Positions 43,013-54,575 of a DNA stretch of 64,000 nt are shown piece after piece. Position 1 is the first letter of the stretch; each line of letters opens with the position of its first letter. The DNA comes from Eledone cirrhosa. Its lineage: Eukaryota. Both the position numbers and the translations under genes were made by a program. The notes beneath the pieces were generated by a model. The model was not told where the DNA came from. It was given only the letters and a program-made list of their open reading frames with translations, and made no database searches. The DNA is taken from NCBI GenBank assembly GCA_964016885.1, contig CAXHJY010001499.1, positions 66,553-130,552 of the forward strand. Reading direction: 5' to 3'.

Positions 43013-43617
43013 TGTGTGTATTCATATGCATACTAGTATTTCAGTATACATATGTGGATGTACATTTTTAACTTAATTGTTGAAGCGTCAGTCATACAAA
43101 AGTGAGTTACAAACGAAACGAAATTTAATTTCGTTTCGTTATTTGTTTTTATCGTCTCCGTTGAACCGGTACATACTCAAGCTCTATGCAAATTAGTCTG
43201 CCCACTACTAATTTTCATAGAAAAAGCATATAACGATATGTGCTTTTACGATTCTCTAGAGAGGCCGGAAGATAGGTAAATATTGCTGATGAGATGTAAC
43301 AACATCGAAACTAGTTCAATATTCCTTGTCTGGCTTTCTGGAGAATAGAGGAAAGGTGTTTCCTCAAAAACCAGTATGACTCTAAAAACCGGTTTGTCTG
43401 TGTGTTTACATACAGAATAGCTGGACACTCACAGTAAAGTGACCAGTGAAAAACTCGGTACATCTACATATGTATACGTGTGTGTATTCATATGCATACT
43501 AGTATTTCAGTATACATATGTGGATGTACATTTTTAACTTAATTGTTTAAGCGTCAGTCATACAAAAGTGAGTTACAAACGAAACGAAATATAATTTCGT
43601 TTCGTTATTTGTTTTTA
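43013..43617 (+). mobile_element. Retrozyme-like non-coding unit (~467-nt period, ~140-nt direct repeat)
   Basis: 43013-43152 repeated at ~43480-43617; hammerhead inside; ends in (TA)n. Confidence 0.7.
43279..43323 (+). ncRNA. Minimal type I hammerhead ribozyme fold (canonical core)
   Basis: AATATTG-CTGATGA-GATGT-aaca-ACATC-GAAA-CTAG-TT-CAATATT: 7-bp stem I, 5-bp stem II, palindromic ACTAGT. Confidence 0.9.
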
Positions 43618-43626
43618 TATATGTAC

Positions 43627-43695
<69 letters not shown>

Positions 43696-43961
43696 ATATA
43701 TATATATATATATATACCTAATATATATATATGTATATACATAATATATATTTATTTATATATATATATACATAATATATATATATATATATATACATAA
43801 TATATATATATATATATATATATACATTATATATATATATCTACATTATATATATATATATACATAAAATATATATATATAAATATATACATAATATATA
43901 TATATACATTATATATATATACATTATATATATATATATACATTATATATATATATACATA

Positions 43962-44022
<61 letters not shown>

Positions 44023-44171
44023 TGTAATAAACAACTGTAAGAATTCACTGATAAATGGATTAATTGCCTTATGTTGTTTATTACATAACTATTAAGCTCT
44101 GTTACCTAAATAGAGCACTCTTTTGTCCTGGACGTTTCCGACGGAATTATTTCATTTATATATATATATAC

Positions 44172-44474
<303 letters not shown>

Positions 44475-44674
44475 ATATATATATATACACATAATATATA
44501 TATTTATATATATACATAATATATATAAATATATATATATACATAATATACATATATATATACATAATATACATATATATCTACATAATACATATATATA
44601 TATACACATAATATATATATATATATATATACATAATATATATATATATATATATATACATAATCTATATATAT

Positions 44675-44721
<47 letters not shown>

Positions 44722-45301
44722 TATATATATATAATATATATATATACATAATATATATAATATATATATATACATAATATATATATATATATATATATAA
44801 TATATATATATATATATAATATATCTATATACATAATATATATAATATATATATATACATAATATATATATATATATATATACATAATATATATATATAT
44901 ACATAATATATATATATATACATAATATATATATATATACATAATATATATATATAAATAATATATATATATATATACCTAATATATATATTTATATATA
45001 TATATAATATATGGATGAAAAGGTTTGTCCTCATCAGTGGCCTTCCAACCGTGGTAGGCATTTCGTCGCATTAAAGGCCGTATACCTCAGGTTGGTGCGA
45101 GCAACGGCTAAAAAAAGTTTGTTGGGACACGTAAATAAAGGGAACGCTAGGGTAAACAAACAAAATGGTTTAAGCAACAGAAAGTCATGAAGATATACAT
45201 AATATACATATATGTTTACATAATATATATATATATACATAATATATATATATATTTACATAATATATATATATACATAATATATATATATATATATTTA
45301 C

Positions 45302-45380
<79 letters not shown>

Positions 45381-45531
45381 ATACTTTGGGAGGGTCATGT
45401 TGCCAATAAGAAACACACGCACCAGTTGCTTTCACTTCAATTTAATTTAATATATATTTATAAATTTACAAATTTATAAATTTCTGGTTGGTTGGTTGGT
45501 TCCACAACCAGATAGTTGTTTATATATATAT

Positions 45532-45576
45532 AGTCATAGTTCTTTCGTCACACACTCTGTGACCTCTTCAGTGACT
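45532..45576 (-). ncRNA. Minimal hammerhead ribozyme in PLE pLTR
   Basis: Reverse complement of 54422-54466. Confidence 0.82.
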
Positions 45577-45872
45577 GGGGATTTCTTTCTTCGTTTCTGT
45601 GCCTTTCCTTTCTTCTATCCTACGCCATTTTGTTTGTGTGTGGGTTGCGTGCTCAGTTTGCGCATGCGCCACATCCGGGTGTCTGTGTGTGTTTGTGTTC
45701 ATTTTTCTATTTTTATATTTATATTTGTTTGTTTATTTATTTATTTATTGTTGGTTGGTTGTTTGTTCTATGTGTGTGTGTGTTTTCATTTTGTCTTGTG
45801 TGTGTTTTCATTTTGTGTGTGTTTTCAATTGTAAGTTGTTTATATATGTGTGTGTGTGTTTTCATTTTGTCC

Positions 45873-48800
45873 TTAATTGTAAGTTGTGATGTTGCTGTTC
45901 CACTCATATTTTCTATTTAATTTTGGTTTTAATTCTTTTATGCTTACTGCCTCTGTAATTTGCCTAAACATTGCGTCTTTCTTGTGTGTGGATTCTATTT
46001 TTATTTCTATGCTCTCTAATTTACCCCTGTGTTCTATCTTAGCATGTTGGTAGAGCACAGATGATTCTTTACTATCTTGGAGGTCTCGCCAGTGTTCATT
46101 TATTCGTTCCCCTATACTACGAGCTGTCTCACCTATGTACACTATATTTTTGTTTCTACATTGTCCCTCAGTACATCTTATGCTATATACTACATTTCTA
46201 GTTTTACAGTTAATATGGGGGCTTATTTTACAGGTTATACATTTCTTATCTATACATGAGGGTCTTTGGAACGGGTATGTCTTGCTAATAAGTGTTTTTA
46301 CGGAGGTACCAGGTCTTTCTACTATCTTAATATTGAGATTATGTTTCTTTAGGGCCCTTCTAAATTTGTAGGCTAGTTCACCTCTAGGGGTTGTATTGAT
46401 GAACATTACACTCTGGTATTTATTGCTATCATACCATGAGTTTATTCTATTGGCCTTGTTCTTAGTTCTTTCTATTCTATTCCACTATTCCAAAATTTGC
46501 TCCTATACAAGGGGCAGGTCCCATTTATGTCATTATTTACCATTTTTTCCCATTTGGTTCTGGCTCCTTTATACACTCTGATTCTATCTCTCTGATTGTA
46601 GCCAGAGAACTGCATACGGTGGATGAAGTGTTGTATGTGTCTCTCTAGTTCTTCGGGGTTGCACATGCGGGACACATTTCTCATCACCCGTATCAAATCC
46701 GCAATCAGTATGTTGATTTTGGTATGGTCCGAAATGGCCGAGTTTCGGTGGATCAGATGTTTGGAAGTCATGGGTTTGGCATAATGGGAATGGAGGATTT
46801 GTTTTTGGTTGTTAATAGTATCTAACCAGAGCTCTGTGTCTAGTACAGGTAATCGATGGTTGGGGTGTCTACTTGGGTAGTCTATAGTAACTCTAATGCT
46901 CTGGTGGATGGAGTTTGCTATTTGCTGGATGCTTTCCATTGTGTTTTTCTCAGGTTCCTGACTGTTCTTTAGTGGGGGTGTCTTAACTACGATGTTTATA
47001 TCATCTACGTAGCGGGAGTACATTATCAGGGTTAATCTGTCTTCTAATTGTTCTTTAAGTTTTTGTTTAAGTCTACTGTCCCACCATACCATGAACAAGT
47101 TAGCTATGTCGCCTGCAATGCTAACACCAATGGCTGCTCCTTCCTCTTGGGCATATGTTTTACCATTAAATTTGAACATATGTTCCTTAAGGGTTAATTT
47201 TATGCTGGCCCCTACCGCATGTGCAATCATTTTCTTCAGTTCATCGTGGTTTTCGGGTGTCCGTATGGCTCTGGTCCACCCGTTCCATCTATCTGTGTGG
47301 GTTTTCTTGGCCATTGAGGTAATGGTAGGTGGTCTGCCTCTTGCTGGTCTTGTAGGGCACAGGTTGCTAAGGTCATAAGTGTCTAGGTAACTATTACTAT
47401 GGGTAAGCTTAAGTAGAAGTCCCAGCTCACTGGTATCAATCCCACGGAACTCAACCTTGCTCTCGCTGATCATTTCGACGCATTTCTCCACAGCAAAATC
47501 CACGTCAATAGATGGATACAGGGACACAACATCCATACTGCCTATTATGCAGTTTGTTAGGTCCCCAGATCGGTTACCCGCGTCGATTCTGCTGAGGAGG
47601 TCCTCCGTGCTGTCACACACATCTGGGGACATCTCAATGATGGGGCGTATGATCAGGGAGAGGAAGTAGGACAGTCTGTAGTTACTAGCAATGTTAGCCC
47701 CACAGACTGGCCGTGTTGGTGGTCCCGCGACAGGGTCCCAGCCCGTTTTATGGTCTTTTCGAAGCCCATACAACGCCGGCACGTCATTGTTCCAGGCCTG
47801 GAAGTTGTTGGCAGTCCTTTTGTTGGGCTGCATTATATTTGTCCACATCACCATATGGGCATTGAGGGTTTTTTCTCTGTCCTCATGCTCCTGTGGTGTT
47901 ACCTCTCTTGTGTTAGTGATGTGGGGTTGCATTGCCTGGATGTAGTTTGGCAGGCTGTCAACCGACATTCTGCCAGACTTGTCTGTTGGAAAGCATGCTA
48001 TCTCTCCATTACGCGAGCGCTGCATGAGCTTACGCAAGCCATTTGCAGATTCTTCTCCCAGTTGCTGGGCCTCTATTCTATTATGCTTCTTGCTATACTG
48101 TTCTATAATATTTCTAAGTTCGGATTTAGCTATACTAAATTGTGCTTCTGTTTGTTCATCGACCTGCGACGGCAACTGCGTGCGTTTGTTAAATGGCAAA
48201 GTCGTGGCGTGGACTCGTCGTAGGTCGAATGATTTATCGGAGTGGTTATAAAACGGAGAGTTCCAGGCTGCTGCTTTATGTGTACTTGCGCTATTGTTAG
48301 TTGTGTTGTTTCTATTTCCACCAACAGCAGCAGCCTCAGCTTCATGGTTGTTTCTATGTCTCTCATAATTACTCCTGTCTCTTTCCACTGGCTCAATGTT
48401 GTTATCTACCCTATTTTGTGTGTCTGTGTGTTCGTCTTGGTTATTCTCTTTGTCCCTACTCCTTTTAATCCTATTACTTTCTCTTATTTCTCTGATTTCT
48501 GTGCTACTGTCATTACTTGTTTTCTGTGTCTGTGTGTTTGTTAAGATTGTAGTGGTGGTGAGAGGCATTGAATGTGTGTGTGTTGTTGTTGTTGATGTGT
48601 GTTGTTGTTGATGTGTGTTGTTGTCTCCGTGTGTGTGTGTGTTATCGTTGTTGTGTGTGTTGTTATTGTTGTTTGTGTTTGCGTGTCTGTTGTTGTTGTA
48701 TCTGGGTATGTTGCTGTTGTTGTTGTTGTTGATGTGTGTGTTGTTGTTATTGTTGTCTCCGTGTGTGTTGTTATTGTTGTTTGTGTCTGCGTGTCTGTTG

Positions 48801-49699
48801 TATCTGGGTATGTTGCTATTGTTGGTATTGTATCTGGGTATGTTGCTATTGTTGTTGTTATTGTTTGTGTCTGTGTGTCTGTTGTTGTTGGGATGTGTGT
48901 TGTATATGTGTGTGCGTATATTGTTGCTTTTGTTTTTGTTTTTGATGCTCCAGCGTAGTTTCGTAAATGATTTTTCTATTTCTGACAGACAACTAATCAT
49001 ATTTACCTTCTTGAATGTCGCAAATTTGGGTGGCAAACGTAACACAGACATTTCATTATTATCTATTTTCGTGTTTCCATAAATGTTGGTATTTTCATTG
49101 TTGAACTCTTCAGATAATGAGGTGTCGGCCATGTTGATACCGTCAATTTTGTCGGGATATCTATTGGTATACTCTATAGTATCCCGATTTAGCTTTGCCT
49201 GTTTAAGCCACTTTAATTTTCTGTTAAAGTGCTTATTACATTCTTGAGTAATGTACTGTTCTTCGGGGCGTATAAGGCTTATAAATGTTAGTTTTTCTGC
49301 TGGTGTGGTGATTTTAGATATTTCATCTATTAGGTTACGCTTTAGTTTTTCTTGATGACTTAATTCTCTATAGATCTTCTTTTTTATGTTTAGAATTAAA
49401 GTTCGTTTTAGCCTATCTGCTTGTTTTTTGGTGAGTTGTAATCTTCTAACGTCGGTATTGATGGTGTTGGTGTAGATTCTAGAAGTGGTGCACAGTTTTA
49501 TGAAGTGTAGTTGTCGAGATGTTATGGTTTTTCGTAGACAACAGAACATGGTGGTTTTCAGTATCTTGTTAGCCTGGCTAAGGCTTACGATATTTCGTTT
49601 CTGAATTTGTTTAGCAAGATTCTTTATCTGAAATCGTGTGTTGAAACCGATATTGTTATACTTTGGGAGGGTCATGTTGCCAATAAGAAACACACGCAC
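45873..49699 (-). pseudogene. PLE RT/GIY-YIG ORF, copy 1, frameshifted
   Basis: 8-nt duplication (CTATTCCA) near 46480 splits the ORF; 9-nt in-frame deletion near 48452 (RSRDKE vs RSRETKDKE). Confidence 0.93.
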
Positions 49700-49808
49700 C
49701 AGTTGCTTTCACTTCAATTTAATTTAATATATATTTATAAATTTACAAATTTATAAATTTCTGGTTGGTTGGTTGGTTCCACAACCAGATAGTTGTTTAT
49801 ATATATAT

Positions 49809-49853
49809 AGTCATAGTTCTTTCGTCACACACTCTGTGACCTCTTCAGTGACT
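49809..49853 (-). ncRNA. Minimal hammerhead ribozyme in PLE pLTR
   Basis: Reverse complement of 54422-54466. Confidence 0.82.
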
Positions 49854-50157
49854 GGGGATTTCTTTCTTCGTTTCTGTGCCTTTCCTTTCTTCTATCCTAC
49901 GCCATTTTGTTTGTGTGTGGGTTGCGTGCTCAGTTTGCGCATGCGCCACATCCGGGTGTCTGTGTGTGTTTGTGTTCATTTTTCTATTTTTATATTTTTA
50001 TATTTATATTTGTTTGTTTATTTATTTATTTATTGTTGGTTGGTTGTTTGTTCTATGTGTGTGTGTGTTTTCATTTTGTCTTGTGTGTGTTTTCATTTTG
50101 TGTGTGTTTTCAATTGTAAGTTGTTTATATATGTGTGTGTGTGTTTTCATTTTGTCC

Positions 50158-53100
50158 TTAATTGTAAGTTGTGATGTTGCTGTTCCACTCATATTTTCTA
50201 TTTAATTTTGGTTTTAATTCTTTTATGCTTACTGCCTCTGTAATTTGCCTAAACATTGCGTCTTTCTTGTGTGTGGATTCTATTTTTATTTCTATGCTCT
50301 CTAATTTACCCCTGTGTTCTATCTTAGCATGTTGGTAGAGCACAGATGATTCTTTACTATCTTGGAGGTCTCGCCAGTGTTCATTTATTCGTTCCCCTAT
50401 ACTACGAGCTGTCTCACCTATGTACACTATATTTTTGTTTCTACATTGTCCCTCAGTACATCTTATGCTATATACTACATTTCTAGTTTTACAGTTAATA
50501 TGGGGGCTTATTTTACAGGTTATACATTTCTTATCTATACATGAGGGTCTTTGGAACGGGTATGTCTTGCTAATAAGTGTTTTTACGGAGGTACCAGGTC
50601 TTTCTACTATCTTAATATTGAGATTATGTTTCTTTAGGGCCCTTCTAAATTTGTAGGCTAGTTCACCTCTAGGGGTTGTATTGATGAACATTACACTCTG
50701 GTATTTATTGCTATCATACCATGAGTTTATTCTATTGGCCTTGTTCTTAGTTCTTTCTATTCTATTCCAAAATTTGCTCCTATACAAGGGGCAGGTCCCA
50801 TTTATGTCATTATTTACCATTTTTTCCCATTTGGTTCTGGCTCCTTTATACACTCTGATTCTATCTCTCTGATTGTAGCCAGAGAACTGCATACGGTGGA
50901 TGAAGTGTTGTATGTGTCTCTCTAGTTCTTCGGGGTTGCACATGCGGGACACATTTCTCATCACCCGTATCAAATCCGCAATCAGTATGTTGATTTTGGT
51001 ATGGTCCGAAATGGCCGAGTTTCGGTGGATCAGATGTTTGGAAGTCATGGGTTTGGCATAATGGGAATGGAGGATTTGTTTTTGGTTGTTAATAGTATCT
51101 AACCAGAGCTCTGTGTCTAGTACAGGTAATCGATGGTTGGGGTGTCTACTTGGGTAGTCTATAGTAACTCTAATGCTCTGGTGGATGGAGTTTGCTATTT
51201 GCTGGATGCTTTCCATTGTGTTTTTCTCAGGTTCCTGACTGTTCTTTAGTGGGGGTGTCTTAACTACGATGTTTATATCATCTACGTAGCGGGAGTACAT
51301 TATCAGGGTTAATCTGTCTTCTAATTGTTCTTTAAGTTTTTGTTTAAGTCTACTGTCCCACCATACCATGAACAAGTTAGCTATGTCGCCTGCAATGCTA
51401 ACACCAATGGCTGCTCCTTCCTCTTGGGCATATGTTTTACCATTAAATTTGAACATATGTTCCTTAAGGGTTAATTTTATGCTGGCCCCTACCGCATGTG
51501 CAATCATTTTCTTCAGTTCATCGTGGTTTTCGGGTGTCCGTATGGCTCTGGTCCACCCGTTCCATCTATCTGTGTGGGTTTTCTTGGCCATTGAGGTAAT
51601 GGTAGGTGGTCTGCCTCTTGCTGGTCTTGTAGGGCACAGGTTGCTAAGGTCATAAGTGTCTAGGTAACTATTACTATGGGTAAGCTTAAGTAGAAGTCCC
51701 AGCTCACTGGTATCAATCCCACGGAACTCAACCTTGCTCTCGCTGATCATTTCGACGCATTTCTCCACAGCAAAATCCACGTCAATAGATGGATACAGGG
51801 ACACAACATCCATACTGCCTATTATGCAGTTTGTTAGGTCCCCAGATCGGTTACCCGCGTCGATTCTGCTGAGGAGGTCCTCCGTGCTGTCACACACATC
51901 TGGGGACATCTCAATGATGGGGCGTATGATCAGGGAGAGGAAGTAGGACAGTCTGTAGTTACTAGCAATGTTAGCCCCACAGACTGGCCGTGTTGGTGGT
52001 CCCGCGACAGGGTCCCAGCCCGTTTTATGGTCTTTTCGAAGCCCATACAACGCCGGCACGTCATTGTTCCAGGCCTGGAAGTTGTTGGCAGTCCTTTTGT
52101 TGGGCTGCATTATATTTGTCCACATCACCATATGGGCATTGAGGGTTTTTTCTCTGTCCTCATGCTCCTGTGGTGTTACCTCTCTTGTGTTAGTGATGTG
52201 GGGTTGCATTGCCTGGATGTAGTTTGGCAGGCTGTCAACCGACATTCTGCCAGACTTGTCTGTTGGAAAGCATGCTATCTCTCCATTACGCGAGCGCTGC
52301 ATGAGCTTACGCAAGCCATTTGCAGATTCTTCTCCCAGTTGCTGGGCCTCTATTCTATTATGCTTCTTGCTATACTGTTCTATAATATTTCTAAGTTCGG
52401 ATTTAGCTATACTAAATTGTGCTTCTGTTTGTTCATCGACCTGCGACGGCAACTGCGTGCGTTTGTTAAATGGCAAAGTCGTGGCGTGGACTCGTCGTAG
52501 GTCGAATGATTTATCGGAGTGGTTATAAAACGGAGAGTTCCAGGCTGCTGCTTTATGTGTACTTGCGCTATTGTTAGTTGTGTTGTTTCTATTTCCACCA
52601 ACAGCAGCAGCCTCAGCTTCATGGTTGTTTCTATGTCTCTCATAATTACTCCTGTCTCTTTCCACTGGCTCAATGTTGTTATCTACCCTATTTTGTGTGT
52701 CTGTGTGTTCGTCTTGGTTATTCTCTTTGTCCTTAGTCTCCCTACTCCTTTTAATCCTATTACTTTCTCTTATTTCTCTGATTTCTGTGCTACTGTCATT
52801 ACTTGTTTTCTGTGTCTGTGTGTTTGTTAAGATTGTAGTGGTGGTGAGAGGCATTGAATGTGTGTGTGTTGTTGTTGTTGATGTGTGTTGTTGTTGATGT
52901 GTGTTGTTGTCTCCGTGTGTGTGTGTGTTATCGTTGTTGTGTGTGTTGTTATTGTTGTTTGTGTTTGCGTGTCTGTTGTTGTTGTATCTGGGTATGTTGC
53001 TGTTGTTGTTGTTGTTGATGTGTGTGTTGTTGTTATTGTTGTCTCCGTGTGTGTTGTTATTGTTGTTTGTGTCTGCGTGTCTGTTGTATCTGGGTATGTT

Positions 53101-53985
53101 GCTATTGTTGGTATTGTATCTGGGTATGTTGCTATTGTTGTTGTTATTGTTTGTGTCTGTGTGTCTGTTGTTGTTGGGATGTGTGTTGTATATGTGTGTG
53201 CGTATATTGTTGCTTTTGTTTTTGTTTTTGATGCTCCAGCGTAGTTTCGTAAATGATTTTTCTATTTCTGACAGACAACTAATCATATTTACCTTCTTGA
53301 ATGTCGCAAATTTGGGTGGCAAACGTAACACAGACATTTCATTATTATCTATTTTCGTGTTTCCATAAATGTTGGTATTTTCATTGTTGAACTCTTCAGA
53401 TAATGAGGTGTCGGCCATGTTGATACCGTCAATTTTGTCGGGATATCTATTGGTATACTCTATAGTATCCCGATTTAGCTTTGCCTGTTTAAGCCACTTT
53501 AATTTTCTGTTAAAGTGCTTATTACATTCTTGAGTAATGTACTGTTCTTCGGGGCGTATAAGGCTTATAAATGTTAGTTTTTCTGCTGGTGTGGTGATTT
53601 TAGATATTTCATCTATTAGGTTACGCTTTAGTTTTTCTTGATGACTTAATTCTCTATAGATCTTCTTTTTTATGTTTAGAATTAAAGTTCGTTTTAGCCT
53701 ATCTGCTTGTTTTTTGGTGAGTTGTAATCTTCTAACGTCGGTATTGATGGTGTTGGTGTAGATTCTAGAAGTGGTGCACAGTTTTATGAAGTGTAGTTGT
53801 CGAGATGTTATGGTTTTTCGTAGACAACAGAACATGGTGGTTTTCAGTATCTTGTTAGCCTGGCTAAGGCTTACGATATTTCGTTTCTGAATTTGTTTAG
53901 CAAGATTCTTTATCTGAAATCGTGTGTTGAAACCGATATTGTTATACTTTGGGAGGGTCATGTTGCCAATAAGAAACACACGCAC
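50158..53985 (-). CDS. PLE reverse transcriptase + GIY-YIG endonuclease, copy 2 (intact; first ATG at 53961)
   Basis: SMDVVSLYPSI, QEEGAAIG, YVDD, LPVLD; Cx4CxxC linker; NVVY..YIGET.RS..ER..EH, R..EA..I, LN. Confidence 0.96.
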   Translation of the reverse strand: MRVFLIGNMTLPKYNNIGFNTRFQIKNLAKQIQKRNIVSLSQANKILKTTMFCCLRKTITSRQLHFIKLCTTSRIYTNTINTDVRRLQLTKKQADRLKRTLILNIKKKIYRELSHQEKLKRNLIDEISKITTPAEKLTFISLIRPEEQYITQECNKHFNRKLKWLKQAKLNRDTIEYTNRYPDKIDGINMADTSLSEEFNNENTNIYGNTKIDNNEMSVLRLPPKFATFKKVNMISCLSEIEKSFTKLRWSIKNKNKSNNIRTHIYNTHPNNNRHTDTNNNNNNSNIPRYNTNNSNIPRYNRHADTNNNNNTHGDNNNNNTHINNNNNSNIPRYNNNRHANTNNNNNTHNNDNTHTHGDNNTHQQQHTSTTTTHTHSMPLTTTTILTNTQTQKTSNDSSTEIREIRESNRIKRSRETKDKENNQDEHTDTQNRVDNNIEPVERDRSNYERHRNNHEAEAAAVGGNRNNTTNNSASTHKAAAWNSPFYNHSDKSFDLRRVHATTLPFNKRTQLPSQVDEQTEAQFSIAKSELRNIIEQYSKKHNRIEAQQLGEESANGLRKLMQRSRNGEIACFPTDKSGRMSVDSLPNYIQAMQPHITNTREVTPQEHEDREKTLNAHMVMWTNIMQPNKRTANNFQAWNNDVPALYGLRKDHKTGWDPVAGPPTRPVCGANIASNYRLSYFLSLIIRPIIEMSPDVCDSTEDLLSRIDAGNRSGDLTNCIIGSMDVVSLYPSIDVDFAVEKCVEMISESKVEFRGIDTSELGLLLKLTHSNSYLDTYDLSNLCPTRPARGRPPTITSMAKKTHTDRWNGWTRAIRTPENHDELKKMIAHAVGASIKLTLKEHMFKFNGKTYAQEEGAAIGVSIAGDIANLFMVWWDSRLKQKLKEQLEDRLTLIMYSRYVDDINIVVKTPPLKNSQEPEKNTMESIQQIANSIHQSIRVTIDYPSRHPNHRLPVLDTELWLDTINNQKQILHSHYAKPMTSKHLIHRNSAISDHTKINILIADLIRVMRNVSRMCNPEELERHIQHFIHRMQFSGYNQRDRIRVYKGARTKWEKMVNNDINGTCPLYRSKFWNRIERTKNKANRINSWYDSNKYQSVMFINTTPRGELAYKFRRALKKHNLNIKIVERPGTSVKTLISKTYPFQRPSCIDKKCITCKISPHINCKTRNVVYSIRCTEGQCRNKNIVYIGETARSIGERINEHWRDLQDSKESSVLYQHAKIEHRGKLESIEIKIESTHKKDAMFRQITEAVSIKELKPKLNRKYEWNSNITTYN

Positions 53986-54094
53986 CAGTTGCTTTCACTT
54001 CAATTTAATTTAATATATATTTATAAATTTACAAATTTATAAATTTCTGGTTGGTTGGTTGGTTCCACAACCAGATAGTTGTTTATATATATAT

Positions 54095-54138
54095 AGTCAT
54101 AGTTCTTTCGTCACACACTCTGTGACCTCTTCAGTGAC
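54095..54138 (-). ncRNA. Hammerhead at the palindrome junction (first base of stem I lost)
   Basis: The minus arm begins at GTCA-CTGAAGA. Confidence 0.8.
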
Positions 54139-54421
54139 ACACATATATAAACAACTTACAATTGAAAACACACACAAAATGAAAACACACACAAGACAAA
54201 ATGAAAACACACACACACATAGAACAAACAACCAACCAACAATAAATAAATAAATAAACAAACAAATATAAATATAAAAATATAAAAATAGAAAAATGAA
54301 CACAAACACACACAGACACCCGGATGTGGCGCATGCGCAAACTGAGCACGCAACCCACACACAAACAAAATGGCGTAGGATAGAAGAAAGGAAAGGCACA
54401 GAAACGAAGAAAGAAATCCCC

Positions 54422-54466
54422 AGTCACTGAAGAGGTCACAGAGTGTGTGACGAAAGAACTATGACT
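54422..54466 (+). ncRNA. Minimal hammerhead ribozyme in PLE pLTR
   Basis: AGTCA-CTGAAGA-G-GTCACA-gagtg-TGTGAC-GAAA-GAAC-TA-TGACT; CUA site after 54461. Confidence 0.82.
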
Positions 54467-54575
54467 ATATATATATAAACAACTATCTGGTTGTGGAACC
54501 AACCAACCAACCAGAAATTTATAAATTTGTAAATTTATAAATATATATTAAATTAAATTGAAGTGAAAGCAACTG

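Noticed and set aside
45012-45045. Minus-strand CTGATGA-GGA..TCC half hammerhead
   Set aside because: Runs into (TA)n before any GAAA or stem III.
47091-49082. Antisense ORFs inside the PLE copies
   Set aside because: Shadows of the main ORF and its low-complexity repeats.
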